Origin: Escherichia phage LL11 | DNA length: 45,185 nucleotides | Sequence record: NC_048064.1 | Direction: 5' to 3' (one strand) | In this document: positions 8,824-17,122 of the stretch, piece after piece | How positions within the stretch are numbered: the stretch's first letter is position 1 | Layout: every line of letters begins with the position of its first letter | Made by a program: the position numbers and the translations under genes | Notes under the pieces: model-generated | Database searches by the model: none | Seen by the model: only the letters and a program-made list of their open reading frames with translations | What the model was told of the DNA's origin: nothing

Positions 8824-9507
8824 ATGTATAAATTAGTATTGAATGTAGGTGATTATGTTCGTAACATCAATGTAACCTCACGTAGATATCGTTGCCGTGG
8901 TACTGTGACTAATGTAAGTGAAAACAGCTACTATGTAGAGTACAGTAATGGTATTAGACAGGCTTATCAAAAGGAATCAGCACATAACTACCTTGAGAAA
9001 ATTGGAGAGGTAAGCAATCAATGTAAGTGCGTACACGATGAGATTTGCGATAAGTGTGCCCGCCAGCTGCATAAAATGCTATTATATCCTCTTCGCTATG
9101 GTGCTGGTGTTCAAACATTAGCAGAGGCATATGGCAAAAGTAAGACCACACTCAAGAAAGAGCGCCGCAATGTAATCACTGGTAAGACTCAAAGTGAAAT
9201 TATTAAACTATGTGGCACTGCATTAGGTGTTACGCAGTTTAATACTCGTTCATTGGGTAAATCCACAGGGCAAGCTATGGTAAAGATTGGCGAAGCCATG
9301 ATGCAACCAAATGTACCTGTGCGAATCGTGGATATTGACCATGCAATCACAGAGCATGGTACACCACGCCGTGTAGCTAACAATCATTTTGCCGACACTA
9401 TAGAAGACATTATTCGTAAGCAAGGGTTGAAGGGTCTTCACATCTTAAATGATGAAGAGTTACTGTACCTCCCTATTGTTACTGAAGAAACCTACGTGAG
9501 TATCTAA
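8824..9507 (+). CDS. hypothetical protein with Cys cluster (about 228 aa)
   Basis: ATG 8824 with GGAGA RBS; CKCVHDEICDKC cluster; no family recognised by eye. Confidence 0.55.
   Translation: MYKLVLNVGDYVRNINVTSRRYRCRGTVTNVSENSYYVEYSNGIRQAYQKESAHNYLEKIGEVSNQCKCVHDEICDKCARQLHKMLLYPLRYGAGVQTLAEAYGKSKTTLKKERRNVITGKTQSEIIKLCGTALGVTQFNTRSLGKSTGQAMVKIGEAMMQPNVPVRIVDIDHAITEHGTPRRVANNHFADTIEDIIRKQGLKGLHILNDEELLYLPIVTEETYVSI
9386..9408 (+). promoter_or_regulatory. weak or variant phage RNAP promoter inside ORF 8824-9507
   Basis: ATTTTGCCGACACTATAGAAGAC; core -8 to +1 conserved, -13 to -9 divergent. Confidence 0.35.
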
Positions 9508-9517
9508 GGAGTTAATC

Positions 9518-9736
9518 ATGACTAAGGTATTAATTTATATGCGTGGACCTCATAAATGCTATGCAGTTGTAGCACCAAATGGTGTTAAGCCCTATAGTAC
9601 TTCAAAAGGATTGGCATTAATAGGTGCTAGTAGTAGTGCAAGTTTCCAAATGGAACTTTCTGGTCGTTGTACTGAATGGCAATTCCGTGAGGATTTTAAA
9701 GTCATTGGCAGCTTCATGGTGAAATATGCAGAATAA
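9518..9736 (+). CDS. hypothetical protein (72 aa)
   Basis: ORF track; AAGGAG RBS upstream. Confidence 0.45.
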   Translation: MTKVLIYMRGPHKCYAVVAPNGVKPYSTSKGLALIGASSSASFQMELSGRCTEWQFREDFKVIGSFMVKYAE

Positions 9737-9902
9737 ACATAGTCTTAAAATGTTCGATGGTCATGAAGACCTGCAAGCCAAGATTACTAACCAAGCCTTC
9801 CTGTTCGCACAGTTAACTATGGCTGAAGCAAAGAAGAATAGCCTGACGCGTGAACAGGTTATCAAGGAAAGTGAAGTGAAACGTAAGATTCGCAGTCGAT
9901 AA
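9726..9902 (+). CDS. hypothetical small protein (58 aa)
   Basis: ORF overlapping the previous stop; MQNKHSLKMFDGHEDLQAKITNQ...; start uncertain (internal ATG 9750 possible). Confidence 0.3.
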   Translation: MQNKHSLKMFDGHEDLQAKITNQAFLFAQLTMAEAKKNSLTREQVIKESEVKRKIRSR

Positions 9903-9911
9903 GTCAAGGGT

Positions 9912-9929
9912 TGTCTCACGTGTGAGACA
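9912..9929 (+). repeat. hairpin palindrome (family copy 4)
   Basis: TGTCTCACGTGTGAGACA with extended GGG/CCT flanks, directly after the stop at 9902. Confidence 0.7.
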
Positions 9930-9962
9930 GCCTTTCATCATATTGATTGGAGGATTAACTTT

Positions 9963-10070
9963 ATGAATAACTACGACTCTGATTGGGATTTCTACGATTC
10001 AATGCAATCTAAACCAGAAAGGAGGGAGGATGAGTTCGAAACAGATCAAATGTACGAGGATTTTTACTAA
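9963..10070 (+). CDS. hypothetical small acidic protein (35 aa)
   Basis: ATG 9963 with GGAGGA RBS; overlaps the start of the following HNH gene in another frame. Confidence 0.25.
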   Translation: MNNYDSDWDFYDSMQSKPERREDEFETDQMYEDFY

Positions 10071-10509
10071 CTACATCCTCTACTCTGATGGTCGAGTTCT
10101 TAACGAGAAAACCGGACAATATCTAAGAGGTTACTTAGATAAAGATGGGTATCATATTATGAATATTAAAGGGAAACACCTTAAAGTTCATCGATTAGTT
10201 GCTATCCATTTCATACCTAACCCTAATAATTTACCTGAAGTTAACCATAAAGATCATGACCGTCTAAACAATAATGATTGGAACCTAGAGTGGTGTACTC
10301 ATCAAGATAACAACAAGCATAGTTTGCATTTAGTAATAGCTTCTTGTGCTAAACGCTATGACTTTATATCACCACAAGGTGTCCATGTAGAAGTCTATAA
10401 CTTACGTGAGTTTTGTAGGAATAACAACCTACAGCAATCTCATATGGTTAAGGTGGCTAAAGGTAAAGTAAGACATCATAAAGGTTGGACTAATTATGTT
10501 AGATGTTGA
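10030..10509 (+). CDS. HNH homing endonuclease (paralog 2 of 3)
   Basis: 159 aa; strong RBS AGGAGGGAGG; HRLVA, HKDHDRLNNNDWNLEW HNH core, C-terminal HHKGW; abuts and overlaps the DNA polymerase start. Confidence 0.8.
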   Translation: MSSKQIKCTRIFTNYILYSDGRVLNEKTGQYLRGYLDKDGYHIMNIKGKHLKVHRLVAIHFIPNPNNLPEVNHKDHDRLNNNDWNLEWCTHQDNNKHSLHLVIASCAKRYDFISPQGVHVEVYNLREFCRNNNLQQSHMVKVAKGKVRHHKGWTNYVRC

Positions 10510-13042
10510 TTGGAAAGAATTTGGAAAGAATCGCATACTTGTCATGGATGCTGAAAGTAAAGGTTTGCTTGATGCCATACGCTATGGTCATCGTGAAGAT
10601 GTGCACATCATTTGCTGCATGGACTTGCTCACCACGGAGGAGTTCCTATTCTTCGACCCATATGAGATGCGTGACCCTGAGGCAAGGGAACGCCTGAAGG
10701 AGTGGGAAGGCCATCAAGACGGAACCTTGGTTGATGGTGTTAACTTCCTGAAGCATTGTGAAGCTATTGTGTCACAGAACTTCCTAGGATATGACGGTCT
10801 TCTCTTTGAGAAAGCATTCCCTGATATCTGGAAAGGCTTTAATTATACCGAGAAGCGCGGCAAGGGCAGACTCCGTGCCGACCTGTGCCCTATCCGTGTT
10901 GTCGACACGCTGGTGATGAGTCGCCTGTTAAACCCCGATAGACGCCTTCCTCCGCAAGCATATGCCAAAGGTATGGGTAACGTCACCCCTCACTCAATTG
11001 AGGCGCACGGCATCCGTATAGGTCGCTATAAACCGGAGAACGAGGACTGGTCTAAACTAACTGACCACATGGTTCACCGTGTACGTGAGGACGTGGCGAT
11101 TGGTCGTGACTTGTTCCTCTGGCTCTTTAACGGGGAATGGATGGAGCACAAACGCCGTGGCGTGAATAAACGCACGGGCCTAGGCATTGAGACAGCCTTC
11201 CACATGGAGTCCATTGTGGCGCTGGAGATGAGCCGTCAGGCCGAGCGCGGGTTCCGTCTGGACATCGACAAGGCTTTGGCCCGATGCGAAGAATTGGACG
11301 CTAAGATTGATGAGACAGTCGCAGCGTTCCGCCCTCACATGCCTATGCGTATCAAGTCTAAACCTTTTAAACCGGAAGAAAAGAATGAAGTATGCCAACG
11401 CGCAAATGAGTATGGAGCTAGCAACAATATACCTACTGTCCTTGACCCCTCACACTTTCTTCATGCCGAGAGACGAGGAGATCGCAAGACAGTATGGAGT
11501 GTCACTACTAAGTCTGGTGATTGGTCGGCTAGTGTCAAGAAAGACTTTCCTCACCTTAGAGGAAACCGTAATGACACGCCAAGTATCAAGTGGATTGGCG
11601 CTTACTCGCCTGTTACTTTCGAAGAGATTCCCTTGGGTAACAGGGATACAGTTAAGCAAGTGCTCTATGATTATGGATGGAAAGGTGTTGAATTTAACGA
11701 TACCGAGCAAGCGCATCTCGATGAGCACGGAGTGTTACCCAAACCTTGGAGTGGTAAGATAAATGAAAAGTCCCTTACTTTATGGCAAGAAAGAGCCGCA
11801 CGTGAAGGTAAAACAGTCCCTGATTGGTGCTTGGGTATCGCTGCATGGTACATACTCGTATCCCGTCGTGGTCAGATACTCAACCGTGGTGACGTTGAAG
11901 CCTTCAACGAGAAGGGAACGTGGCCCTCGCAGGCTGGTGTACGAAAGTGTCGCGGCCTTGTACCTGTAGCATTCAACAAGGAGCTAGGAATCAATGCGCA
12001 GCAATACTACGAGAGGTACGGATGTTGGCCTACGTCTGACAAAGATGACGGAGAGTGGCGTGTTCCAGCTGTTGCTATTAGCATTGGCACTTCTACGTTC
12101 CGTATGCGTCATCGTAACGTGGTCAATATTCCTGCCCGTGGCTTGTATCCTTTACGTGATTTATTCATAGCAGGGAAAGGCAAGCTAATCCTTGGTTGTG
12201 ACGGTGCAGGTCTTGAACTGCGTGTCCTGTCTCACTTCATGAATGACCCTGAGTACCAAGAGATTGTACTGCACGGTGATATTCATACGCATAACCAGAT
12301 GAAGGCTGGTCTTCCTAAGCGTGATATGGCGAAGACGTTTATATACGCCTTCCTCTATGGCTCTGGTATAGCCAACCTTGCAGCAGTATGTGGTGTTACT
12401 GAGGAAGAAATGAAGGAAGTTGTGGCAAGATTCGAGATTGAACTGCCGTCTCTTGCACGTCTTCGTGAGAATGTTATCGCACAAGGTAACAAGTTTGGCT
12501 ACCTGCAAGCACCTGATGGGCATTGGGGTCGCATCCGCATGTCTGGTGGTGAACTTAAAGAGCACACGATGCTTAACGTATTACTCCAGATGACTGGCTC
12601 TTTGTGTATGAAATATGCATTAGTCAAGGCATTTGCAGTAATGCGCAAGGAAGGTGTAGCCTTGGATGCTATGGGAAATCCTTGTGGTGTGGCTAACGTG
12701 CATGATGAAATCCAGATGGAAGTTCCTGAAGAGGAGGTCTTGTATCTTAACTACGACCTACCTTTCACCTTAGAGGGGTTCGAAACAGAGAAGGCTGCCG
12801 TGCAAGCAGTGTTCGATGCAGAGGAGAAACGTGTTCATGTGGATTCTGAAGGACGTATGTGGTCTGCTGCAAACCTCGTTAGTGTTGATGCTGATGCTGG
12901 TGTATTGCATTGCCAGCGCCGTTATCACCGTGCAGGTCATATCATTGCCGACGCCATGACTTGGGCAGGGCAGTATCTGAAGATGCGTTGCCCGATGGCA
13001 GGCGAATATAAGATTGGCGCAAGTTGGAAGGAAACACACTGA
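10496..13042 (+). CDS. DNA polymerase (family A, T7 gp5-like)
   Basis: 848 aa; motifs GLELRVLSHFM, GDIHTHNQ, KTFIYAFLYGSG, HDEIQMEV correspond to T7 DNAP pol motifs; N-terminal exonuclease region with acidic residues. Confidence 0.93.
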   Translation: MLDVDWKEFGKNRILVMDAESKGLLDAIRYGHREDVHIICCMDLLTTEEFLFFDPYEMRDPEARERLKEWEGHQDGTLVDGVNFLKHCEAIVSQNFLGYDGLLFEKAFPDIWKGFNYTEKRGKGRLRADLCPIRVVDTLVMSRLLNPDRRLPPQAYAKGMGNVTPHSIEAHGIRIGRYKPENEDWSKLTDHMVHRVREDVAIGRDLFLWLFNGEWMEHKRRGVNKRTGLGIETAFHMESIVALEMSRQAERGFRLDIDKALARCEELDAKIDETVAAFRPHMPMRIKSKPFKPEEKNEVCQRANEYGASNNIPTVLDPSHFLHAERRGDRKTVWSVTTKSGDWSASVKKDFPHLRGNRNDTPSIKWIGAYSPVTFEEIPLGNRDTVKQVLYDYGWKGVEFNDTEQAHLDEHGVLPKPWSGKINEKSLTLWQERAAREGKTVPDWCLGIAAWYILVSRRGQILNRGDVEAFNEKGTWPSQAGVRKCRGLVPVAFNKELGINAQQYYERYGCWPTSDKDDGEWRVPAVAISIGTSTFRMRHRNVVNIPARGLYPLRDLFIAGKGKLILGCDGAGLELRVLSHFMNDPEYQEIVLHGDIHTHNQMKAGLPKRDMAKTFIYAFLYGSGIANLAAVCGVTEEEMKEVVARFEIELPSLARLRENVIAQGNKFGYLQAPDGHWGRIRMSGGELKEHTMLNVLLQMTGSLCMKYALVKAFAVMRKEGVALDAMGNPCGVANVHDEIQMEVPEEEVLYLNYDLPFTLEGFETEKAAVQAVFDAEEKRVHVDSEGRMWSAANLVSVDADAGVLHCQRRYHRAGHIIADAMTWAGQYLKMRCPMAGEYKIGASWKETH

Positions 13043-13158
13043 TGGATAGGCTTGACATTGTTTACCTATTCTTCACTTTCTTTCTTGCACTCCTTATGCT
13101 TGCTTGTTATGGGAGTATGAGACTAGATATACCTGATGAAGAAGAGGGTTACGACTAA
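13042..13158 (+). CDS. hypothetical small hydrophobic peptide (38 aa)
   Basis: ATG overlapping the DNAP stop; MDRLDIVYLFFTFFLALLMLACYGSMRLDIPDEEEGYD. Confidence 0.2.
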   Translation: MDRLDIVYLFFTFFLALLMLACYGSMRLDIPDEEEGYD

Positions 13159-13256
13159 TGCAAACTGCTTTTATTATTCTTGGTATCATATTATTTATGG
13201 TAGTATTCTGGGCTTTCTCTGGCATTGACCCAGATTGTGATGGTAACTACGACTGA
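13158..13256 (+). CDS. hypothetical small hydrophobic peptide (32 aa)
   Basis: MQTAFIILGIILFMVVFWAFSGIDPDCDGNYD; its stop is followed directly by the conserved box at 13257. Confidence 0.2.
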   Translation: MQTAFIILGIILFMVVFWAFSGIDPDCDGNYD

Positions 13257-13297
13257 GTTATACTCAAGGTCACTTACGAGTGGCCTTTATGAATAAC
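13257..13297 (+). promoter_or_regulatory. conserved stop-adjacent element GTTATACTCAAGGT-hairpin-GCCTTTATGAAT (copy 1)
   Basis: Identical 14-nt 5' box and 12-nt 3' box as at 31217-31260, flanking a different hairpin (GGTCACT-TACG-AGTGGCC). Confidence 0.5.
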
Positions 13298-13324
13298 TTA
13301 TTCCTACTTATTTTGTCTAACATG

Positions 13325-13347
13325 ATTTACTGGACACTATAGAAGGA
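13325..13347 (+). promoter_or_regulatory. phage RNAP promoter
   Basis: ATTTACTGGACACTATAGAAGGA; leader hairpin CCTAGACAATCTAGG follows. Confidence 0.75.
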
Positions 13348-13411
13348 AAGCCTAGACAATCTAGGTTTATAAGGTAGTATAGGTAATTAAGTAAATATAG
13401 GAGAGATAAAT

Positions 13412-13789
13412 ATGTCTATGGTAACTACTCTGGTATTCGTAGCTCAATACTTTCGTGGTCTTGCTAATAAGTTCAAGTCCAAGGCTATCAAAGCTATTGA
13501 GGCTCGCATCGAAGCAGTACAGTCAGAGCAAGTTAAAGTTGAAGAACATCGTAGTTCTCAAATGATTGACTGTCATAACCGCCACTATGCATCTCGTGAT
13601 GAACTAAATGCACGTCAAGTCAAAGAGGTAGAAGATATGCTGGCACGTCACCAGCAAGAGCGTGACAGCCTGAAAGCTGAATTTGAAGAGAACAAGGCAT
13701 CCATCGCCCTTGTACATCAAGCCGCATCTGACAGCCTGAAGAAAGAGATTGTTATGCTGGAAATTGAGTTAGACAACCTGACCAAATAA
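13412..13789 (+). CDS. hypothetical coiled-coil protein (125 aa)
   Basis: ORF track; AGGAGAG RBS; hydrophobic N-terminus then charged helical sequence. Confidence 0.5.
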   Translation: MSMVTTLVFVAQYFRGLANKFKSKAIKAIEARIEAVQSEQVKVEEHRSSQMIDCHNRHYASRDELNARQVKEVEDMLARHQQERDSLKAEFEENKASIALVHQAASDSLKKEIVMLEIELDNLTK

Positions 13790-13810
13790 TTACGGGACAC
13801 TATAGAACAA
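13788..13810 (+). promoter_or_regulatory. phage RNAP promoter with conserved structured leader
   Basis: AATTACGGGACACTATAGAACAA, then a 22-nt hairpin and the 13-mer TGATTGTGTAGTG shared with the promoter at 18117. Confidence 0.7.
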
Positions 13811-13866
13811 TAGGTCGGCTTAGTTCGGCCTATGATTGTGTAGTGTAACAATAGGAGACTAAATAA

Positions 13867-14673
13867 ATGGCACGTGGTGATTTTGATTTTGGTGCTCAGG
13901 TTACTAAAGCTGAAGGTAAGGTTTTTAAGAACCCTGAAGTTGGTGATCATGAAGCAGTAATCTCTGGCATCATTCATGTGGGTTCCTTCCAAGATATCTT
14001 TAAGAAAGGTAATACCACTGAAGTTAAGAAGCCAGCAAACTTTGTTCTTGTTAAGATTGTACTGATGGGTGACGACGACAAGAACGAAGATGATTCTCGC
14101 ATGGAACAGTGGATGGCTGTGCCTCTGAAGTCTGGTGACAAGGCAACCTTGACTAAGTTCCTGAATGCAGTTGACCCTAAAGAGCTGCTTGGTGGTTTCG
14201 ATGACTTCATCGGTGAATGCCTGACTGCAACTATGGTTGGCTCTGGCGACAAGAATGATGATGGTACTTTCAAGTATGTTAACTGGAAAGGCTTTGGCGG
14301 TATGCCTGATAAGTTGAAGAAGCTTGTACTGGCTCAGGTAGAAGAGGAAGGTCTGTCTATGACAGGTCATATCACCTTCGACAAGCTGACCAAAGAAATC
14401 CTTGATGACATTCCTGCTAACTTGGTGCGTCAATACTTCCTTAATGAAACACCTCGTGGTAAGAACCTGTCTGTTGCTGGTTCTCACGTAGAAGCAATCA
14501 TTAAAGCTGCTCGTGAAGAAGACCCAGAGTGGAAGAAAGCCAAGAAGAAAGATGACGAGGATGCTACTCCAGCTAATCGTAAATCTCTGGATACTGGTGA
14601 GCCTGTTCCACAGGAAGTACCTGAAGCAGAAGATACTCCTGCACCGGAGATGGATGAGGACGCGGAATATTAA
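13867..14673 (+). CDS. putative ssDNA-binding protein (gp2.5-like) with acidic C-terminal tail; function uncertain
   Basis: 268 aa; own strong promoter and RBS; codon usage typical of highly expressed genes; C-terminus ...EAEDTPAPEMDEDAEY resembles acidic aromatic-terminated tails of T7 replication proteins; located between DNAP and exonuclease. Confidence 0.45.
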   Translation: MARGDFDFGAQVTKAEGKVFKNPEVGDHEAVISGIIHVGSFQDIFKKGNTTEVKKPANFVLVKIVLMGDDDKNEDDSRMEQWMAVPLKSGDKATLTKFLNAVDPKELLGGFDDFIGECLTATMVGSGDKNDDGTFKYVNWKGFGGMPDKLKKLVLAQVEEEGLSMTGHITFDKLTKEILDDIPANLVRQYFLNETPRGKNLSVAGSHVEAIIKAAREEDPEWKKAKKKDDEDATPANRKSLDTGEPVPQEVPEAEDTPAPEMDEDAEY

Positions 14674-14682
14674 GGAGAAAGG

Positions 14683-14901
14683 ATGAAAGTACAAATCGTA
14701 ACCCTGCACTGCAAGAAAGGTATCACAACGCTCGGAGGTGGCACTTTCCACTCTTTCTCCGAAGGGGAGATTTATGCTGACCTGCACTACATCTGGCGCG
14801 ACGGACAGCACGTGGTGAACTACAGCGACCCAGCTACGGGGAAACGCCACGGCGTATCGCTTCCGGCACATGACATTGCTCAGGTGAACACAGTTTTATA
14901 A
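14683..14901 (+). CDS. hypothetical protein (72 aa)
   Basis: ORF track; AGGAGAAAGG RBS. Confidence 0.5.
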   Translation: MKVQIVTLHCKKGITTLGGGTFHSFSEGEIYADLHYIWRDGQHVVNYSDPATGKRHGVSLPAHDIAQVNTVL

Positions 14902-14902
14902 A

Positions 14903-14918
14903 GTCTCACGTGTGAGAC
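14903..14918 (+). repeat. hairpin palindrome (family copy 5)
   Basis: GTCTCACGTGTGAGAC, 2 nt after the stop at 14901 and 16 nt before promoter 14934. Confidence 0.7.
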
Positions 14919-14933
14919 AAATCGGTGTCCGGT

Positions 14934-14956
14934 ATTTACTGGACACTATAGAAGAG
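14934..14956 (+). promoter_or_regulatory. phage RNAP promoter (exact window consensus)
   Basis: ATTTACTGGACACTATAGAAGAG. Confidence 0.8.
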
Positions 14957-15006
14957 AAGAATTTTAATCGGCGATAATGCCATAACCAACAAAAGGAGAA
15001 TTTAAT

Positions 15007-15378
15007 ATGTTCAAGATTGAAACTATCGTAAACCGTGTTGTTAAAGGTGCTGCTCTGGTATCCGTTGAGTCTTTCATTATCGTCGATGAAGCTGATCAAC
15101 TGGTAGCTGGTACTAAGGCTTACGATACCCGTGAAGAAGCTCAGGCTAAGATTGACAGCATGGGTAACTTCGCTGCTGGTCTGGAGTTCGCTCGTGCTTG
15201 CTTCCCTGAGCAGGCTGACAAAGCTCAGATTGGTAAGGCTAATATCGTAGCTGAATATCTGGATTGGGTTGCTGCTGGTAAACCAGTGAAAGAAGTTAAG
15301 GCTGCTGAAGAAGCTGAAGCTCCAGCAGAAGAAGTAGCTGCACCGGAAACTCCGGTAAGCGAAGAGGAAGAATTTTGA
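15007..15378 (+). CDS. hypothetical highly acidic protein (123 aa) ending ...EEEEF
   Basis: Monocistronic unit: consensus promoter at 14934, AAAGGAGA RBS, terminator at 15437; codon usage like highly expressed genes; acidic C-terminal tail ending in Phe. Confidence 0.6.
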   Translation: MFKIETIVNRVVKGAALVSVESFIIVDEADQLVAGTKAYDTREEAQAKIDSMGNFAAGLEFARACFPEQADKAQIGKANIVAEYLDWVAAGKPVKEVKAAEEAEAPAEEVAAPETPVSEEEEF

Positions 15379-15436
15379 TAATAGCAGGTGTTGCCTCTGT
15401 TAGTCCTGGTTGACTATCACGCTCACCTCATCTAAT

Positions 15437-15470
15437 GCCCTGTCTGCCTTAGTGTAGGCAGGGTCTTTTG
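15437..15470 (+). terminator. rho-independent terminator
   Basis: GC-rich stem-loop CCCTGTCTGCC...GGCAGGG followed by TCTTTTG. Confidence 0.65.
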
Positions 15471-15495
15471 CGTAATAGTTATTGGAGAATGAATT

Positions 15496-15786
15496 ATGCC
15501 GACTATTGAAGAACGTTTCCTGATTCACGTAAGCTTCTCGCCCATACATCTTGGTTATCTTATCACTATTCTATTAGGTGAAGAGATCTATCTGCATAAC
15601 TACTTAATACCAGAGTATGTATGCCGTCGAGATAAGATACACCCTGCTAATTGGGCGAGAGAGTGGTTGCGTGAACATGTGCTGAAGGAGTGGCCTACAT
15701 GCGACCAAACTTCGACTTCGGAGCTACAGTATCGGAAGACAATAATCTCATCCTGTGGCCAACTGAAGGTAATCGAATCGCTTTAA
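15496..15786 (+). CDS. hypothetical protein (96 aa), overlaps exonuclease start
   Basis: ATG 15496 with GGAGA RBS; C-terminal third overlaps the exonuclease gene in another frame, so the real extent is doubtful. Confidence 0.3.
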   Translation: MPTIEERFLIHVSFSPIHLGYLITILLGEEIYLHNYLIPEYVCRRDKIHPANWAREWLREHVLKEWPTCDQTSTSELQYRKTIISSCGQLKVIESL

Positions 15787-16727
15787 TAGACGCTGATATG
15801 TTACCTTACATCGTCGGGTATACAATCAGTGACATGACTTATGTACGAGCTACAACTCGTGTTAAGTCAGGACAAGTCCCATCAATCAAAGATACCTCTG
15901 AGTGTAAGCAAGCGTGTGACCGTGTGAACTCCTTGCTTAACTCTTGGGTGTATGCAGCAGAGTGTGATGCAGCTAAGTTATTCATGACGAAGTCAGAAGC
16001 TAACTTCCGTGTCCGCCTAGCATTCACCAAACCTTATAAAGGTCAACGTAAGACCGAGAAGCCTCCATTCTTCTATGAAATGCGAGAGCATCTCTTAGAG
16101 GTTCACGGTGCAGTCTTGGCAGATGGAGATGAGGCCGACGATCTCATGAGCATTGCACAATGGGATAGCCATCGCCGCTTCCAGCAAGATACAGGCAACG
16201 AGTTCCCTATCGGTAGTCCAGAGCATAAAGCATTCTCTGATACTTGCATCGTTTCCTTGGATAAGGATTTGATGATTGTACCCGGTTGGCATCTTCAGCC
16301 GGGAGGTGAGAAGAAATGGGTAGAACCTATGGGTTGGCTTGAGTTACGCCGCAAGGCTAATGGTCAAGTCAAAGACCTAAAAGGTGCTGGCCTCATGTTC
16401 CATTATGCACAGATGGTTATTGGTGATGATATTGATAACTATGCTGGCATACCTGGACGTGGTGCTAAATACGCCTATGATCTTCTCAAAGATTGTAAGA
16501 CAGAGAAAGAGTTGTACATGGCAGTGCTTGGTGCTTACAAGGCTAAGTTCGGACATGGACAAGTTAAGATTAAGAATTACCGAGGTGGTTATCGTATCGG
16601 CAAGGCTTTTGACCTGATGCTCGAATGTGGTCGCCTAGCTCACATGGCAAGATTCAAAGGTGATATATGGCGAGCCGATAAGAACCCAATCTTGTGGGGA
16701 GATGATGCGGAATGGTTAGCAAATTAA
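15699..16727 (+). CDS. 5'-3' exonuclease (T7 gp6-like, FEN family)
   Basis: ATG 15699 with AAGGAG 8 nt upstream (track start 15690 is a GTG); N-terminal acidic motif IALIDADMLPY, DGDEADD, GDDIDNYAGIPG. Confidence 0.75.
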   Translation: MRPNFDFGATVSEDNNLILWPTEGNRIALIDADMLPYIVGYTISDMTYVRATTRVKSGQVPSIKDTSECKQACDRVNSLLNSWVYAAECDAAKLFMTKSEANFRVRLAFTKPYKGQRKTEKPPFFYEMREHLLEVHGAVLADGDEADDLMSIAQWDSHRRFQQDTGNEFPIGSPEHKAFSDTCIVSLDKDLMIVPGWHLQPGGEKKWVEPMGWLELRRKANGQVKDLKGAGLMFHYAQMVIGDDIDNYAGIPGRGAKYAYDLLKDCKTEKELYMAVLGAYKAKFGHGQVKIKNYRGGYRIGKAFDLMLECGRLAHMARFKGDIWRADKNPILWGDDAEWLAN

Positions 16728-17122
16728 AATCATCGGAGGTAGCAGCTTATAAGAGGGAATTGCTAGAGAAGCAAGGATGGAAGTGCCCCCTATGTGGCGG
16801 CAGTCTCAAGGCTGTTACTCCTATAAACCGTGTACTTGACCATGACCATGAGACAGGATTCTGCCGTGCTGTTGTATGCAGAGGGTGCAATGGTGCAGAA
16901 GGAAAGATTAAGGGTGTTATCTCTGGTTATGGTAAGGCTGGTAACAACCGTTACTTCCAGCTTCAATGGTTAGAGCGACTATATGAATACTGGAAGTTAC
17001 ATAGTACGCCTCAGACAGATAAGTTATATCACAAACACCAAACGGAGGCAGAGAAGCGCGAGGCTAAGAACCGTAAGGCACGCCTTGCTTATGCAAGAAA
17101 GAAGGAGGTTAAAGTTGGGTAA
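16712..17122 (+). CDS. endonuclease VII-type Holliday junction resolvase (HNH/zinc)
   Basis: 136 aa; CPLCGG ... LDHDHETGFCRAVVCRGCNGAEGKIKG parallels the T4 endonuclease VII zinc-binding/HNH core as I remember it. Confidence 0.75.
   Translation: MVSKLKSSEVAAYKRELLEKQGWKCPLCGGSLKAVTPINRVLDHDHETGFCRAVVCRGCNGAEGKIKGVISGYGKAGNNRYFQLQWLERLYEYWKLHSTPQTDKLYHKHQTEAEKREAKNRKARLAYARKKEVKVG

Noticed and set aside
11307-11969. Alternative-frame + strand ORFs inside the DNA polymerase gene (11307-11762, 11763-11969)
   Set aside because: Embedded within a continuous, motif-bearing polymerase reading frame; no RBS; treated as frame artefacts
13717-14871. Minus-strand ORF of 384 aa, and other minus-strand ORFs in the track (for example 2446-3018, 37510-38007)
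   Set aside because: They lie antisense to well-supported + strand genes, lack recognisable RBS or domain signatures, and T7-type phages transcribe a single strand; treated as shadow ORFs
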